NCBI GenBank assembly: GCA_020137815.1
Contig: CM035358.1
Coordinates: forward strand, 1,612,001 to 1,676,000
DNA length: 64,000 nt
Origin: Hormiphora californensis
Lineage: Eukaryota; Animalia; Ctenophora
Direction: 5' to 3'
The notes under the pieces are model-generated. The model worked only from the letters and a program-made list of their open reading frames with translations. It searched no databases and had not been told where the DNA came from. The position numbers and the translations under genes are program-made. Each line of letters begins with the position of its first letter. Within the stretch, counting starts at the first letter, position 1. Shown in pieces: positions 25,217-50,705 of this stretch.

Positions 25217-26745
25217 GTAACAGCACAATTATAAGGAGGATTCGGAAGTTGAAATAACATAAGTAACTCTCATTGATTGAAAAAGAGGGAAGATAAATAA
25301 AAAAGGAATTTCGTAATAAACTGCATATTGAGCAACTTATTGTGAAAGTTCTATCCACAGGGTCTAATTAGACCTCATGACAGCTCTGAGCTCATACAAC
25401 AGTGTTAAAACGCAGAAACATACTGGGTATACTGACTGTTGAGGTAGTAATACACTCAAAATGTCAAAAATAAGGGCAAAATGTGCATATACTGCATCTA
25501 GCATATATACTGAGCAAGCTTACTGAGTATAAAGCAGAGAACTCAAGGAACTCAGAAAATCTCTAACAATGAGACTAAAAATAGATTTTCTAGCAGTCGA
25601 GTCGGCATCTCAATATACCCCAAAAAAGAAAACAAAGAAAACTCGGCACGGGAAAGGAAGAATAATCATTTAAAATTTGGAGTACTGAAGACAAAAGAAT
25701 TCCCTCAATCTAGCTCGAGCCTAAGAGTCTCGATCACTCTTAATTGAACACCTGCTGAGACACTACACACTGACTTGGAGTCAGGGAGAGGGAAAGAGAG
25801 GAAGGGTGATGATTAGTGAATGGTGTAAATGGATCTACGCAGCTGGCCAACAGCAGTTTAACTGGCCTCTAATTAAATCCCGGTGAGACTGCAGTTTATC
25901 CCGCGACCTGCGGCACACCTAAAGGTTTGGTTCGACAAAAAGATAGAGCGATTGAGAAAATACGGGAGAGAAAACAAAGAGGCATACCAAGAAAAATAAT
26001 AAAGGCTATAGCACCCAACAAAGAGAAAAAGAGGGATAGAGAAAAGAAAAAGTGACAGAGAGAAAAGAAAGAGGGATAAAGAGAAAGGAATAGCCAAGAG
26101 GAAGTGACTAATTAAGTATGCTGTAGCCAAGACATTTTATTATAACTGGGGCCTATAGTGTTGTACACCTGCAACAAGTAACTATACATTTCAGACAAGA
26201 ACATGCCAGTTAATGTGGAGAGTAAGAGGTCAATTATCTACCAGATGGACGTGATGTGATAATTATTAATCATTTACCAAATTAGTAGACCCAAGTTCAT
26301 TCATTATCTCGACCAGTCCTGTCAGCTGTCTAGTGACTAGTATGTACCGGGGTCCTCAGCTTCATCATGTAATTACTTGACGAGTCTATTATGGTAACCT
26401 AGACCCTAGCACCTAACTAAGAAAACAAAGAACTGCACGGGCTCATAGCGGATTTTATTCACATTAATAACCCTGTGTCCAGGCCTGAGGCACTTGTTTA
26501 TGAAAGTTTGTTTGCGAAACAATCCCGTACTTTTCTTCCTCGTCCTAGGCTCTCCGCTCTTTTCTATTTGACGATTGAGATAATGAATACCTTACACCGA
26601 GATCGAAGACATGGAGCAAACCCACAGTCCGCCTGTGTACGACAGGCCGCTTCACAATTTGCAGTGGCCCGTCGCTTAAAATTTAAATAAACAATTGGAC
26701 TAGTAGAAGTTTTTTAAGTCTAAAAGGGGTCTGCAGTCTGTATGC

Positions 26746-27005
26746 TAAAGTCGGATTTTTTGAAACTGTCACCCCCCTGGGTGGCGCGCAAGTTTTTATT
26801 TGCACATCGGAAACTTGTTTTCGCTCTCACGCCTTTGTTTTTTGACCAATTTCGTCAAACCAAAGTTTTACGGACTCACAAAATTATGCTCTTTCCGATG
26901 ATATGCGGTTTTTTGCCGAAAAGTGAGAGCAAGTGGGGGCTGTCACACGCAAATACGACTTCGCGTGTGAAAAGGGGGGCGACAGTTTCAAAAAATTCGA
27001 CTTTA
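26746..27005. mobile_element. MITE
   Basis: Inverted repeats TAAAGTCGGATTTTTTGAAACTGTC.CCCCC and GGGGG.GACAGTTTCAAAAAATTCGACTTTA. Confidence 0.65.
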
Positions 27006-27058
27006 CTGTAGAGTTTCTACAGCGTCCAACGGGCAACGCATGAGGAAAGAGAAGGGCA

Positions 27059-27150
27059 ATGTTAAAATCTGGGTGCCTTCCAAGTTCCATTGCTAACAAT
27101 TCATCGATTTTGGCGGTCGAGACGGGTTAGGGTCTAGTTAGGGTTTTGTT
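27059..27150 (+). repeat. Dispersed repeat ending in degenerate GGGTTAGGG units; second copy at about 47000-47105
   Basis: GTTAAAATCTGGGTGCCTT..CATTGCTAACAATTCATCGATTTTGGCG..GACGGGTTAGGG is shared by both loci. Confidence 0.7.
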
Positions 27151-28474
27151 TGGAGTTAACCTGTCTGGCGCCGCGACCCATCTGAGCGCACTTGAGAATC
27201 AAATGGGGTATGGCGCCGCCATACAGGAGTTAACGGTTAGTGCTATAATTCAAACCGAGTTAAAGAAAGTAGAAACTTTTTTCTTTTTTTTCGAAACTAA
27301 AAATTTTGAGACCTTGATTGATTTCTGCTTTTTTCATGTCAAGAGCACGCGCGTTAAGGTACGCGCAAAAACATTTTATGTGTCTCGCGCGGCGTCAATT
27401 GCGTAATTTGTTGATTTGACCTTCATTTACGTTGCAAGAATAAACTGCAAGAACAAACACTTTGTTTCGGTAGGAGAAAATACCATAATTATACGATGTA
27501 CAAATACATACAAGCTCATTTGAGGAACATTCGTATTCAATATTACTACTTCAAGTTGACTTTGAGAATGAGTGGTAATACAACTGGTATGGTTTAAGTT
27601 TAACCAATGAAAATACTAGATAATTCCAGCAATTCGGTCGTAATGATATCCTTATCTCTTCGAGGGAATAGTGTGGTTTGCATGAAGGTGAATTCTAGTA
27701 AAAAGCTTGACAGATAATAAAAAGTATGATGGTAACTATCACTGGACAAACACTCTCGTCCTATCTTAGAAAAATATCTGTATTAGTTGCTACGACTCAA
27801 CTTAACCCGGTAAGTCGATAAACAGATCTCAAGATGCCTAGCCCACATTAGTGAGTGAAAACTCATTCAATATCAAACCACCTGCAGTACCGCTAGAAGT
27901 ATTTATCTTCAGTTGGATAATTAAAAAAGGAAAACATATTTCGTATCACGGTGCTCCCATAGACGGCAAGAAATAAAGTATCAAAAACGAAACACTCCAA
28001 TTATTATAAGTTGAGAATATAATAACGAATTGGTTGACTCTGACCCAATCTTTACAGCAGCTTGTAGTTATCTGGCTTGCACCATACCCTGACCCATTCC
28101 CAGTTATTGTCACTGATCTGACTATTAGGGTAGGTCTGATACGAGCTCGAAAATTTACAGCTCAATCTGCACTAGCCTAGATCTGAATGAATCACTTAAG
28201 TTTAGAGAAATAATCCTGAAAGTATTATTGAATAATAGGCAGACTATTACCATATTTACACACACTGTCACTATAGCTCCATGCTCGAACGGGGTGACCA
28301 CTTTCTCTCTCCATTCTAAAACTATGGCAAATTTTCTCTGGTAATAGCAAAAAAACAACCAATACAATTCCACTAACTACAATTACCTACAGATCCTATT
28401 TTCACTATTCCAAAACAACCATTCCACTAACTTTATAACAGCTCCTAAATATTCACTATTCTGAGTTTGTAAAA

Positions 28475-41831
<13,357 letters not shown>

Positions 41832-41881
41832 ACCCGTGTCATTATCCTACGCCAAGTGGGCAGCACGTCATGTCATGGCGC

Positions 41882-42215
41882 CCCGGCACTACAGATGGAG
41901 GGGGTTAGAAGGGGTACTAGAGATGGAGAGGGGTTAGAAGGGGTACTAGAGATGGAGAGGGGTTAGAAGGGGTAATAGAGATGGAGAGGGGGTGATGGGT
42001 TAGTGAATAGTGGGGTTAGAAGGGGCACTACAGATGGAGAGGGGTTAGAAGGGGCACTACAGATGGAGAGGGGTTGATGGGGTTAGAAGGGGTACTAGAG
42101 ATGGAGAGGGGTTAGAAGGGGCACTACAGATGGAGAGGGGTTAGAAGGGGTATTGGGTTAGTGAATACTGGGTTTAGATGGAGATGGAGAGAGGTTGATG
42201 GGGTTAGAAAGGGGT
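41882..42215. repeat. About 29-bp minisatellite immediately upstream of the TNNI3K start
   Basis: Plus-strand unit AGATGGAGAGGGGTTAGAAGGGG(T/C)ACTA(G/C), about 8-9 copies. The minus strand reads TTCTAACCCCTCTCCATCT(C/G)TAG. Confidence 0.85.
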
Positions 42216-42473
42216 TTTGGAAGGTCCCGCCACAGACATCTAGTGGGGGGCTGGGTTGGTATGTACAGAAAAGGAATTTGGAGACTGGAGAAAAGGAATT
42301 TGGAGAGACAAGGGTTGATGCAGGGGTAACAAAAACACGATAGAAACCATTTTAAGAAAATAATAATCAGTAGAAATATCAAATACACAAATAGTTAAGT
42401 TAGTATGTTTTAAGTTAATAATAACAGCCCTGTTCAAGAATACTAACCCGTTCAATAATTATCTCTCCCAGCT

Positions 42474-42545
<72 letters not shown>

Positions 42546-42831
42546 TTTCTCTTTCTCTCCATCACTCTTTCTCTCCCTCTCTCAATCCATCTTCATAAGT
42601 CAAAAATCACAAAAACGCCAAGTAATAAATAATGGTCATCGTCTTGTAGGGAATCGTCAAATGTAGCATGCAGCATGGAGTGGAAATTAAAAAATTAAAA
42701 AGATAGCAAATAAATAAGAAGAATAAAAAATGTTTTCGATGGTCAGAATGTTAAAAGTTCTTAGATTCATGGCGTGTATATTAATAACTTACTAAAAAGA
42801 CGTGAAAAAGGAAAGGTTAACATGGCTTCGC

Positions 42832-44420
42832 TCACTCACTGCCACGATCAGTTATCTTCACTAACCGCTGTCCGGTCCTGATAACATGACCCTTCAGATT
42901 GCCACACAGTACCCCTCCACCATCGACCGGTCGTTCCTTTGCTGTCCAAAATCTCCAACTTCTCCTCGTGACACATTTCTGTCACACCCATAACCATATC
43001 CCGTACAACTAGGATCACCTTCCGACCCGCTCGAGATCTAATCTTGATCTGGCAGGTGTAGGGACCGGTGGTGGGAAGGTAAACTTCCCCCTGACGACCA
43101 ACAATCTCGCTGTTACACAAGCCATTTGCTGTAGGAATAGAAGGAAGGAACCGTTTTTGAGGCGTTGTTCTGCCACATTTTTTAGGCTTGAACCATACAA
43201 AGTGATTTGATGGTCGTATATGTGATTTTAAAACCAGTACTGGTGACGGTTCGATCAGATTTGAAGAGAATCCGAACAGAATCACTTTTCACGACCAAAC
43301 TGTGGGGTGTTTCCCGTCCACAAAGCACTGCAACAGTCTCCCATCCCTGCTGGAATCTTCTCACGTGTACCGCATCAAATACACAACCTGAACTGTCCTC
43401 CAGAGAAAACTTGTGAAAACGTAACCGAATGTAATGACCCAAGGGTGCTCTAATATCCCACATACAACTCGTATCAGGTGGATAATTATAGGGATAATTA
43501 ACGGAATAAATAACCCCTTTACTTTCCTCCATCCACCGATCACACATGAGGACACACTTTGTCCCATCAGGTACGTATCCCCGTTTGCAACTACACTTCC
43601 TACCTCGGGGGAGATCGATACAATAGTGTTGGCAGCCGCCATTGTTTACCAAACATTGATCCCCATCCTCCCCACACTTGTACAGTTTGTTTGTTTGCCG
43701 GATATCCCCCACAGACAATTCTACACGCTGTCCAATACCGAGGTGTTTGGATCGCAGTGGTACCAGCGTGTCCATGTCCCCCAAGTTAAATGCAGTCCGC
43801 CCATAGTGCATTATGCTGTGGTAATCGTATCTCATTCCAAGGCTATCCACCTCGCTCTCGTTTTTAAGGTCGAAATTATGTAGCGAATCATCTCGGATGT
43901 TTTTGTAAAGAACCTTAACATGTTTATCTCGATCAGGTCGGGCATGCTCGTGCCAGAAGCCGATGGCATGTCCTATTTCGTGTAGAATACTTCCCACATC
44001 CTCACACTCCTTTTTCGTGATACTAATTCCCTGTGGTTTACTGTTGGGAAACTGCTGCATACCTACAAAGGAGCAACAACCACAGTCCTGAGGCTCAAAC
44101 TCCAGGCCAAACGGTTGTTTCTTTAGGGGAACAAACTTGAGGCATGTATACACTTCCCATGTTTTTATTGCTTTCCGAATGTTTTTCACAACTTTTTTGT
44201 CAAACTTTTGAGAAATCTGATATGGTATTGTCCCATTCGGCCACAGTAGCTGTTTATTTGAGCTTGCTGCACGTTTTTCCCTCCCTGATTTTACAATAGA
44301 AATGTCAGATTGAATCCTCTCGTGATCAGGATGGCACGGGCTGTTGATTGGGACGGTACTGGATCGACAGATGGGGTATAAAATGAACAGGACTGCAACA
44401 ATGAACATCAAAACTTTCAT
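42832..44420 (-). CDS. Secreted astacin metalloprotease, BMP1/Tolloid-type catalytic domain plus EGF, CUB and CUB
   Basis: Signal peptide, furin-like REKR|AA site, CGCCSFVG, HEIGHAIGFWHEHARPDRD and Met-turn SIMHY. EGF reads CLVNNGGCQHYC, followed by CUB1. An in-frame 70-nt intron (43198-43129) leads to CUB2, which has a 1-nt frameshift near 42940. The 3' end is uncertain. Confidence 0.88.
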
Positions 44421-44550
44421 AAAAGCACGTCATTTAGCATTTAAACTGAAAGTGAAATAAGAGTAAGACATTGAAGACTTGAGACTTGAGGCAAAGGCCA
44501 AAGAGCGAAAATTAAAAAGTTTGAAACGTTTTCGAAAACAAAGTCAGAAG

Positions 44551-45345
44551 AGGGATCCCTAAAAAAGTTCAGTATTTAAAGTGCGTTTCAAACGACTTGA
44601 CCTGAGATTCCTGGAAATTCAGGATTTCCCCTTTGTAAATACACGCGCAATGCGCCAAATTCCAAGAATTACGGGTCAAGTCGCTTGAAACGGACTTTAC
44701 ACAGCGTTTACACAGTCGTTACACCCAGAGCGGCGCGTGCTGCGAGTGCGTTTTGCGGCTTTTTCTAAGAAAATATTGGATTGTGTGCTGCACAATTGAG
44801 TAAATTGAGCGCTGCGGCGAAAAAAGTTTCCGAAAACGCTGCAAATCGAGTGCGAAAGACGCAGTCTTTACACCCAGAGCGGCGCGGGCGCTCTGGGTGT
44901 AACGACTGTGTAAAGACTGTGTAAACGCTGTGTAAATAAAGGAAAACCCAAGCAACAATAATGTCCATTTTTTTTCAACTGTTCACCCCCCAAAGTCGTG
45001 CGCGGAATTGTTTTGCGCGTTTATCACATGTTAACGTGTAGCGCGCGCAGCGTAAATTAAAATATCGCACGCGCACGAGTTGAGGGGTGAACAGTTGAAT
45101 AAAAATGGACTATAGCCCTCACTTGGGTTTTGTGAAATTTCCCACGATCATTGCTCCACCCCCTGATGAGATAGAGACTTGAAATTTTGTAGTTGGATAG
45201 ATCATGTCGAGTTCTACCTCACTACAAAATTTCAAGTCTCTATCTCATCAGGGGGTGGAGCAATGACCGTGGGAAATTTCACAAAACCCAAGTGAGGGCT
45301 ATTGTTGCTTGGGTTTTCCTTTACTGAACTTTTTTAGGGATCCCT
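44551..45345. mobile_element. Composite nested MITE (outer TIR AGGGATCCCTAAAAAAGTTCAGTA)
   Basis: The outer TIRs enclose several independent palindromic modules at about 44578-44698, 44699-44935, 44938-45323, 44963-45110 and 45112-45302. Confidence 0.75.
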
Positions 45346-46363
45346 AGAATATCGGAGCTTACGAGTGAGCACCTAGATAACGCGCGGCGCGCACTTCAAG
45401 ATTGCATCGTAGTTTGTAAATTTAATGCGTTTTACAATTAAAAACCGCTGCGACAGCTCAAATCCATATAATAAATCCCATAATGTTATACTCCATTTTT
45501 TTTCAACTGTTCACCCCCCAAAGTCGTGCGCGGAATTGTTTTGCGCGTCTATCACATGTTAACGTGTAGCGCGCGCCACAAAAATTCTAAATTTCATGAA
45601 ATTTCAGTTTTTGGGTGAACAGTTGAAAAAAAAATGGACTTTAGTCAGTCTGTCCGTTAATTGGTTTTTCAAACTCCTCCCACAGTTTTTGAGCTAGACC
45701 CCTGAAAATTTGTACACGGGTACCTTGGACCAAGGCGGATGTAAGTACGGGCTCAGATTTTTGATCCGATCTTTACAGCAGTGACGTCACGGGGTGACGT
45801 CATTGCGACAAAAAGACTTACATTTTTCAAACGCTTCTAAGACCCTGAAAACGGCTCTAAATCAAAAAACTAACGCAATAGTGGGGAAAGAGAATCGTTT
45901 GAACTTCATTTTACCAGATAGCGATTTCCCGTAACTCAATGTTTAAGGGTCGTAAATCGCGTCGGGAAAGTTAAAAATGCCAAAAATACGATATTTTTCA
46001 CCGTAGCCACCCAAAATCTTATCCAATCGATATGAAACTTGGTCGTTATGTGAATTTTAATGTCCTTTGGCCAGGGGTTCCCGGAAAACGGATTGGCAAG
46101 ATGAGAACTGACCGGAGTTCTTATAATTCACGAATTTGGAATTTTTCGTCGACTTTTTTTTGGCGACATAAAAAATAAAAAAAACGCGAACGAAAGGAAA
46201 TTTTCCATAAATTTTAAAATTTTACACTGCGCGCGTAGTTTTAGGTTCTGTGCGCGGCGTAAAAAAGCAGCGCTTTTTTGGGGAAATTCGCGCGTTACAG
46301 TAAATGATTTACCCGCCTCGCCAAAATTGTAATGGCCGTTTTTTCAAAAACCCAATGTGTATG

Positions 46364-46660
46364 ATAGTAGGAGCGGTTAGATCACCACGTGGTTTTGCGC
46401 ATTGTAATAGCTCCTCGAGGTCGCATCCAATCAAGAAATGTCCCTCAAGTTTTCGCTTCTCCTTGAGGAGATCTACAGGTTTGATCTGTATGGCGGCGCC
46501 ATACCCCATTTGATTCTCAGTGCGCTCAGATGGGTCGCGGCGCCAGAAGGGTTTGATGAAGGTCACTTTTGGATTGGATGCGAAATGAAGCCGTGAGAGT
46601 AACCTGAGATTAGGGTGGCGCGCGACTTTCTGCACGTGCTGATCTAACCGCTCCTACTAT
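46364..46660. mobile_element. MITE
   Basis: TIRs ATAGTAGGAGCGGTTAGATCA.CACGTG and CACGTGCTGATCTAACCGCTCCTACTAT. Confidence 0.75.
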
Positions 46661-46979
46661 GAGACTCATTGCTCTAAGGAACAAACAAATTATCTTTTAA
46701 AAATCAAACACAAATGTCACCGGTTATACGAGGATAAATTACCATTTACCAGGTCACGGGTTCCCAGCAAACGGGTACTCTAGTAAATAAAATATTAACA
46801 AATTCCGAAATCGAAAATTCTGAAGTTTTTGCTGTTTTGATTTTTAAAATCATTTTTGAAATTTTTGTCGTTCAGTTGGCTGTTCAATTTCAAAAGCGCA
46901 GCCTTATCCCTTGAAAAGCGATGCCTTATCCAGGGGGCCAGCAGCGCGGCGTTTGCCAACTGTTCATTTGAAAAGTTAA

Positions 46980-47388
46980 AGTCCGTTTCAAACGGAAAAC
47001 GTTAAAATCTGGGTGCCTTTCATTGCTAACAATTCATCGATTTTGGCGCGTGCGACGGGTTAGGGCTGTTGTTAGGGTCGGGTTAGGGTTTGGTTTGGGG
47101 TTATCGGTTAGGGCTATCGATTCTCTATCAGATACCGTTTAGTTTACTCAAATCGGCCATGTGGTTGCGCGGCTATAGCCGTTTGAAAAAAGTCGGTCTA
47201 AGTGGTTTTAGGTGTACTTTTTTGGCAGCGCGCGCCTGTAAACTCGCTGCAAGGCACCCAGATTATAATCACGCCCGTTTCAAACGACTTGACCTGTAAT
47301 TCTTGGAATTTGGCGCATTGCGCGTGTATTTACGAAGGGGAAATCCTGAATTTCCAGGAATCTCAGGTCAAGTCGTTTGAAACGCACT
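46980..47388. mobile_element. TTAA-flanked MITE (Kolobok/piggyBac-like target site)
   Basis: TTAA|AGTCCGTTTCAAACG ... CGTTTGAAACGCACT|TTAA. Related to the module at 44578-44698 and contains the GGGTTAGGG repeat. Confidence 0.65.
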
Positions 47389-47410
47389 TTAAGCGCTGCC
47401 TTATCCCTAT

Positions 47411-47887
47411 AGGGATCCCTAAAAAAGTTCAGTATTTAAAGTCCATTTTTATTCAACTGTTCAGTGTTCACCCTCCAACTCGTGCGCATGCGATATTTTA
47501 ATTTACGCTGCGCGCGCTACACGTTAACATGTGATAGGAGCGCAAAACAATTCTGCGCACGACTTTGGGGGGTGAACAGTTGAAAAAAATGGAGTATACA
47601 CGTTAACATGTGATAAACGCGCAAAACAATTCCGCACACGACTTTGGGTCGTTACACCCAGAGCGGCGCGTGCTGCGTTTTGCGGCTTTTTCTAAGAAAA
47701 TATTGGATTGTGTGCTGCACAATTAAGTAAATTGAGCGCTGCGTCGAAAAAAGTTTCCGAAAACGCTGCAAATCGAGTGCGAAAGACGCAGTCTTTACAC
47801 CCAGAGCGGCGCGGGCGCTCTGGTTGTAACGACTGTGTAAAGACTGTGTAAACGCTGTGTAAATACTGAACTTTTTTAGGGATCCCT
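47411..47887. mobile_element. Second composite MITE with the same outer TIR but different internal modules
   Basis: AGGGATCCCTAAAAAAGTTCAGTATTTA ... TAAATACTGAACTTTTTTAGGGATCCCT. The interior is an inverted copy of 44963-45110 plus a copy of about 44715-44935. Confidence 0.75.
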
Positions 47888-48357
47888 ATCGGTGGCCAGC
47901 AGCGTTTGCCAAGCTGTTCAACAGCTTGGAGTTGGTCATGTGATACAGTGAACAGTCCCCTTGAAGATGAAGAAATGAAACACAGTGTTCTCTAAAGCTA
48001 AAAAGCTTTTGTCAATTTATTTGATTTAGTACCATTATATCGTTGTCTATCTCCAAATTCCAAGTCTCTAACTTACCAGGAACCGAAGATGCCCAGTGCC
48101 CAGTGCCCACTGGCCACATCAAGGGGGCGGGTGAATACTGATTGGGTGAACCCGGATGACCCACTGAACCAAAGTGTGTTATAAAGCCCAAACTGTTACT
48201 CTATTATCTTGAGTTGGGTACTCGAATTCCGAGCGTAAAGGGGATTTGATATAAATTGCCACCATTTATATTTCCATGGTAAAGTATTTTCAACAAGTTT
48301 TATGGTGTAAATAACGATTAAAACATGTTCTTTTAGTGACAGTAGCGACAGATCAAC

Positions 48358-50542
48358 ATGAGTCATGTTCTAAAAGGACAAACACCCACTTTAAAATCTG
48401 TTAGGAAGCTGCAAAACCTCTCAAAGGTATGTTCGATGTAGGTTTATAAAGTAAATTTTCATCATTACTCAATTAAATTCCCTTTCAAACATTTGATGTT
48501 TAAATTGTTAAATGATCCCCCTGTCTGTTTGCAGGTGGTGTTACAAGGTGGCAGTGTCGCACTTCTCAACTGTGAAAATGGGTTGAACTCTATTTCCAGT
48601 GATTTTGGATGTGTTTTGGAAAACTTCCAGGAGGAAGAGGACATACTGTTAGTGTTTTACCGGAACATGCTACGCTCCTTCCCTCACTCAGATTTGAAGA
48701 CAACTCTCACCTTCCTCTCGACATCTCTCCTCCTGTCCTCAATCCCGCCCACAATAACATCAAATCCTGTCAAACTCAGAAGTGCGGTGATCCAGATCAA
48801 AGCGGTGATTTCCCAGACTTTGAACAGAATTTCAGAACCACTTAGTATCAGAACGCTGTCCCATCTCAGAGGCCTGGTAAATGGTGTTCTGACTCCCAAA
48901 CTATCTCATGTGTTCACACTCCCTCGCCGGCGTGAGATAATATCAACTTTTCTTGAGGGATATCTTACCTGTATTTCTTCAGCTAACTACCCTAAGTTCC
49001 GGGTTGAAACTGTTCAGTCGAATCGGTCATTTAAAATGTGTGAATTGAAGTTTCATCATGGTATTTTGTTAACTCTTTCTCGGCCAAAACTGGCAGAAAA
49101 GAGGCTATCACAGAAGGAGAAACAGAAGAAGAAGACATTTTCAGTTGTTGTTTTTAGCTGTCCGCTGCCAAAGGAGCTTGAGAATTGGGAGGGGGAAACA
49201 GTAAACTTTGTAAATAGTTCTCAGAGTATGGAACAGAAGCTGGTGGCTGGAAGTATTGAGATACTGAATGACCATTTATCTCGTGAACCAGTTGATGTAG
49301 TGTTTTCTCAAAAAGTTGTTCATCACCAGATTCGGCAGTTTCTTGAGGAGAGGGGAGTGCTTGTATTGGATAGGTTATCAGTTTTCTACGCTGAAGATAT
49401 GGCAACTCTGGCCCGAACTACCCTCTCCCCGAGTATGGGGGTTTGGAATGTGGGAGCTCTGGAAATAGCTGGAGTAGTGGAAATGGCGGACAAGCATTTT
49501 CTGAATGTTTGCTCGAGTGGTACACATTTTGGCACACTTCTACTCCAGACGAAGGTATAGTGCGGGGCGCGCGGAGTTGACAGTCTGTAAAAAGTCGCGC
49601 GCAGTGTGTTGTCAGCACTGTTTATTCCTTGGCAACAGAAGAAGGTTATGGCGGTTATATGGAGGGGTGATGTTTAGAAATTGCAAAAAGAACCATTTCT
49701 TCATTCAACAGTTGCCTTGATCGACCCCCTCTCCCTCACAGATTAGAACATACTATATTCCATAGGTTGAATTGATTAGTGAGGGGATTAAGAAAGTGTT
49801 GGAAAGGAGCTGGGAGGTATGTAACAGTGTCATGGCTAGCAGAAGAGTGGTATACGGTGCCGAGTGTTTATGGGCGACCTTAGCTAAATCTTTGCATGAT
49901 GAAAAACAGGTTTATAGCTATATTATCACATGTTCCCTTGTACACACGTTTTTCAGTTTCCTCCACACTCACCAGGGGGTCTTTCACGAACACTTCGGTC
50001 CTAACTTTTTTGGGACCAATATTGCACTAGGACTTTTTTGAAATGGCTTTCACGAACAGAAGTTGGGGGTAGGCGGGGAGGGTAATTACCCCAATGCTCT
50101 CTATTTTGGCTTTCACGAAACTGAAGTTAGGACCGTAACTCACGTAGTCCTAAAGTCGCACGTGACCCATGTGAGTGTTGAAAACCAATAGGTAAACAAA
50201 CACGTGATCACCAATAGCCATTTATGATTCAGATAGACTGACACGAGTATAAACATGATCACGTGACATTCGCAACAGAAGGGTGCAGGTGGAATTTCCA
50301 GTCAAATTGGTGTATGAATAGTATTCATATATCAATGAATACATCAGTATTCTCTCTCTCTCTCACCCTCTCTCCCTGTTCATCTCTCTTTCTCTCTCAA
50401 TCTCTCCCTCCATATCTCACTCTCTGTATCTCCGGCCTCTCTCTCCCTCTCTCTCTCTTTACCTCTCTTTTTCTATCTTTATCTCACCCTCTCTGTCAAA
50501 CCCTCTCTATCTGTTTATCTCTCTTTCTCTCTCACTCTCTTC

Positions 50543-50622
<80 letters not shown>

Positions 50623-50623
50623 T

Positions 50624-50705
<82 letters not shown>

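Noticed and set aside
43129-43198. Apparent frameshift or premature stop in the astacin gene
   Set aside because: It is explained by an in-frame 70-nt GT-AG intron.
47055-47112. Interstitial telomere
   Set aside because: There are only a few degenerate TTAGGG units, embedded in a dispersed repeat that also occurs at about 27125.
48089-48184. Short ORF MPSAQCPL... after an acceptor upstream of MKKS
   Set aside because: It ends after 31 codons and cannot be spliced in frame to MKKS. It may be a UTR exon or uORF, but there is no support for calling it a gene.
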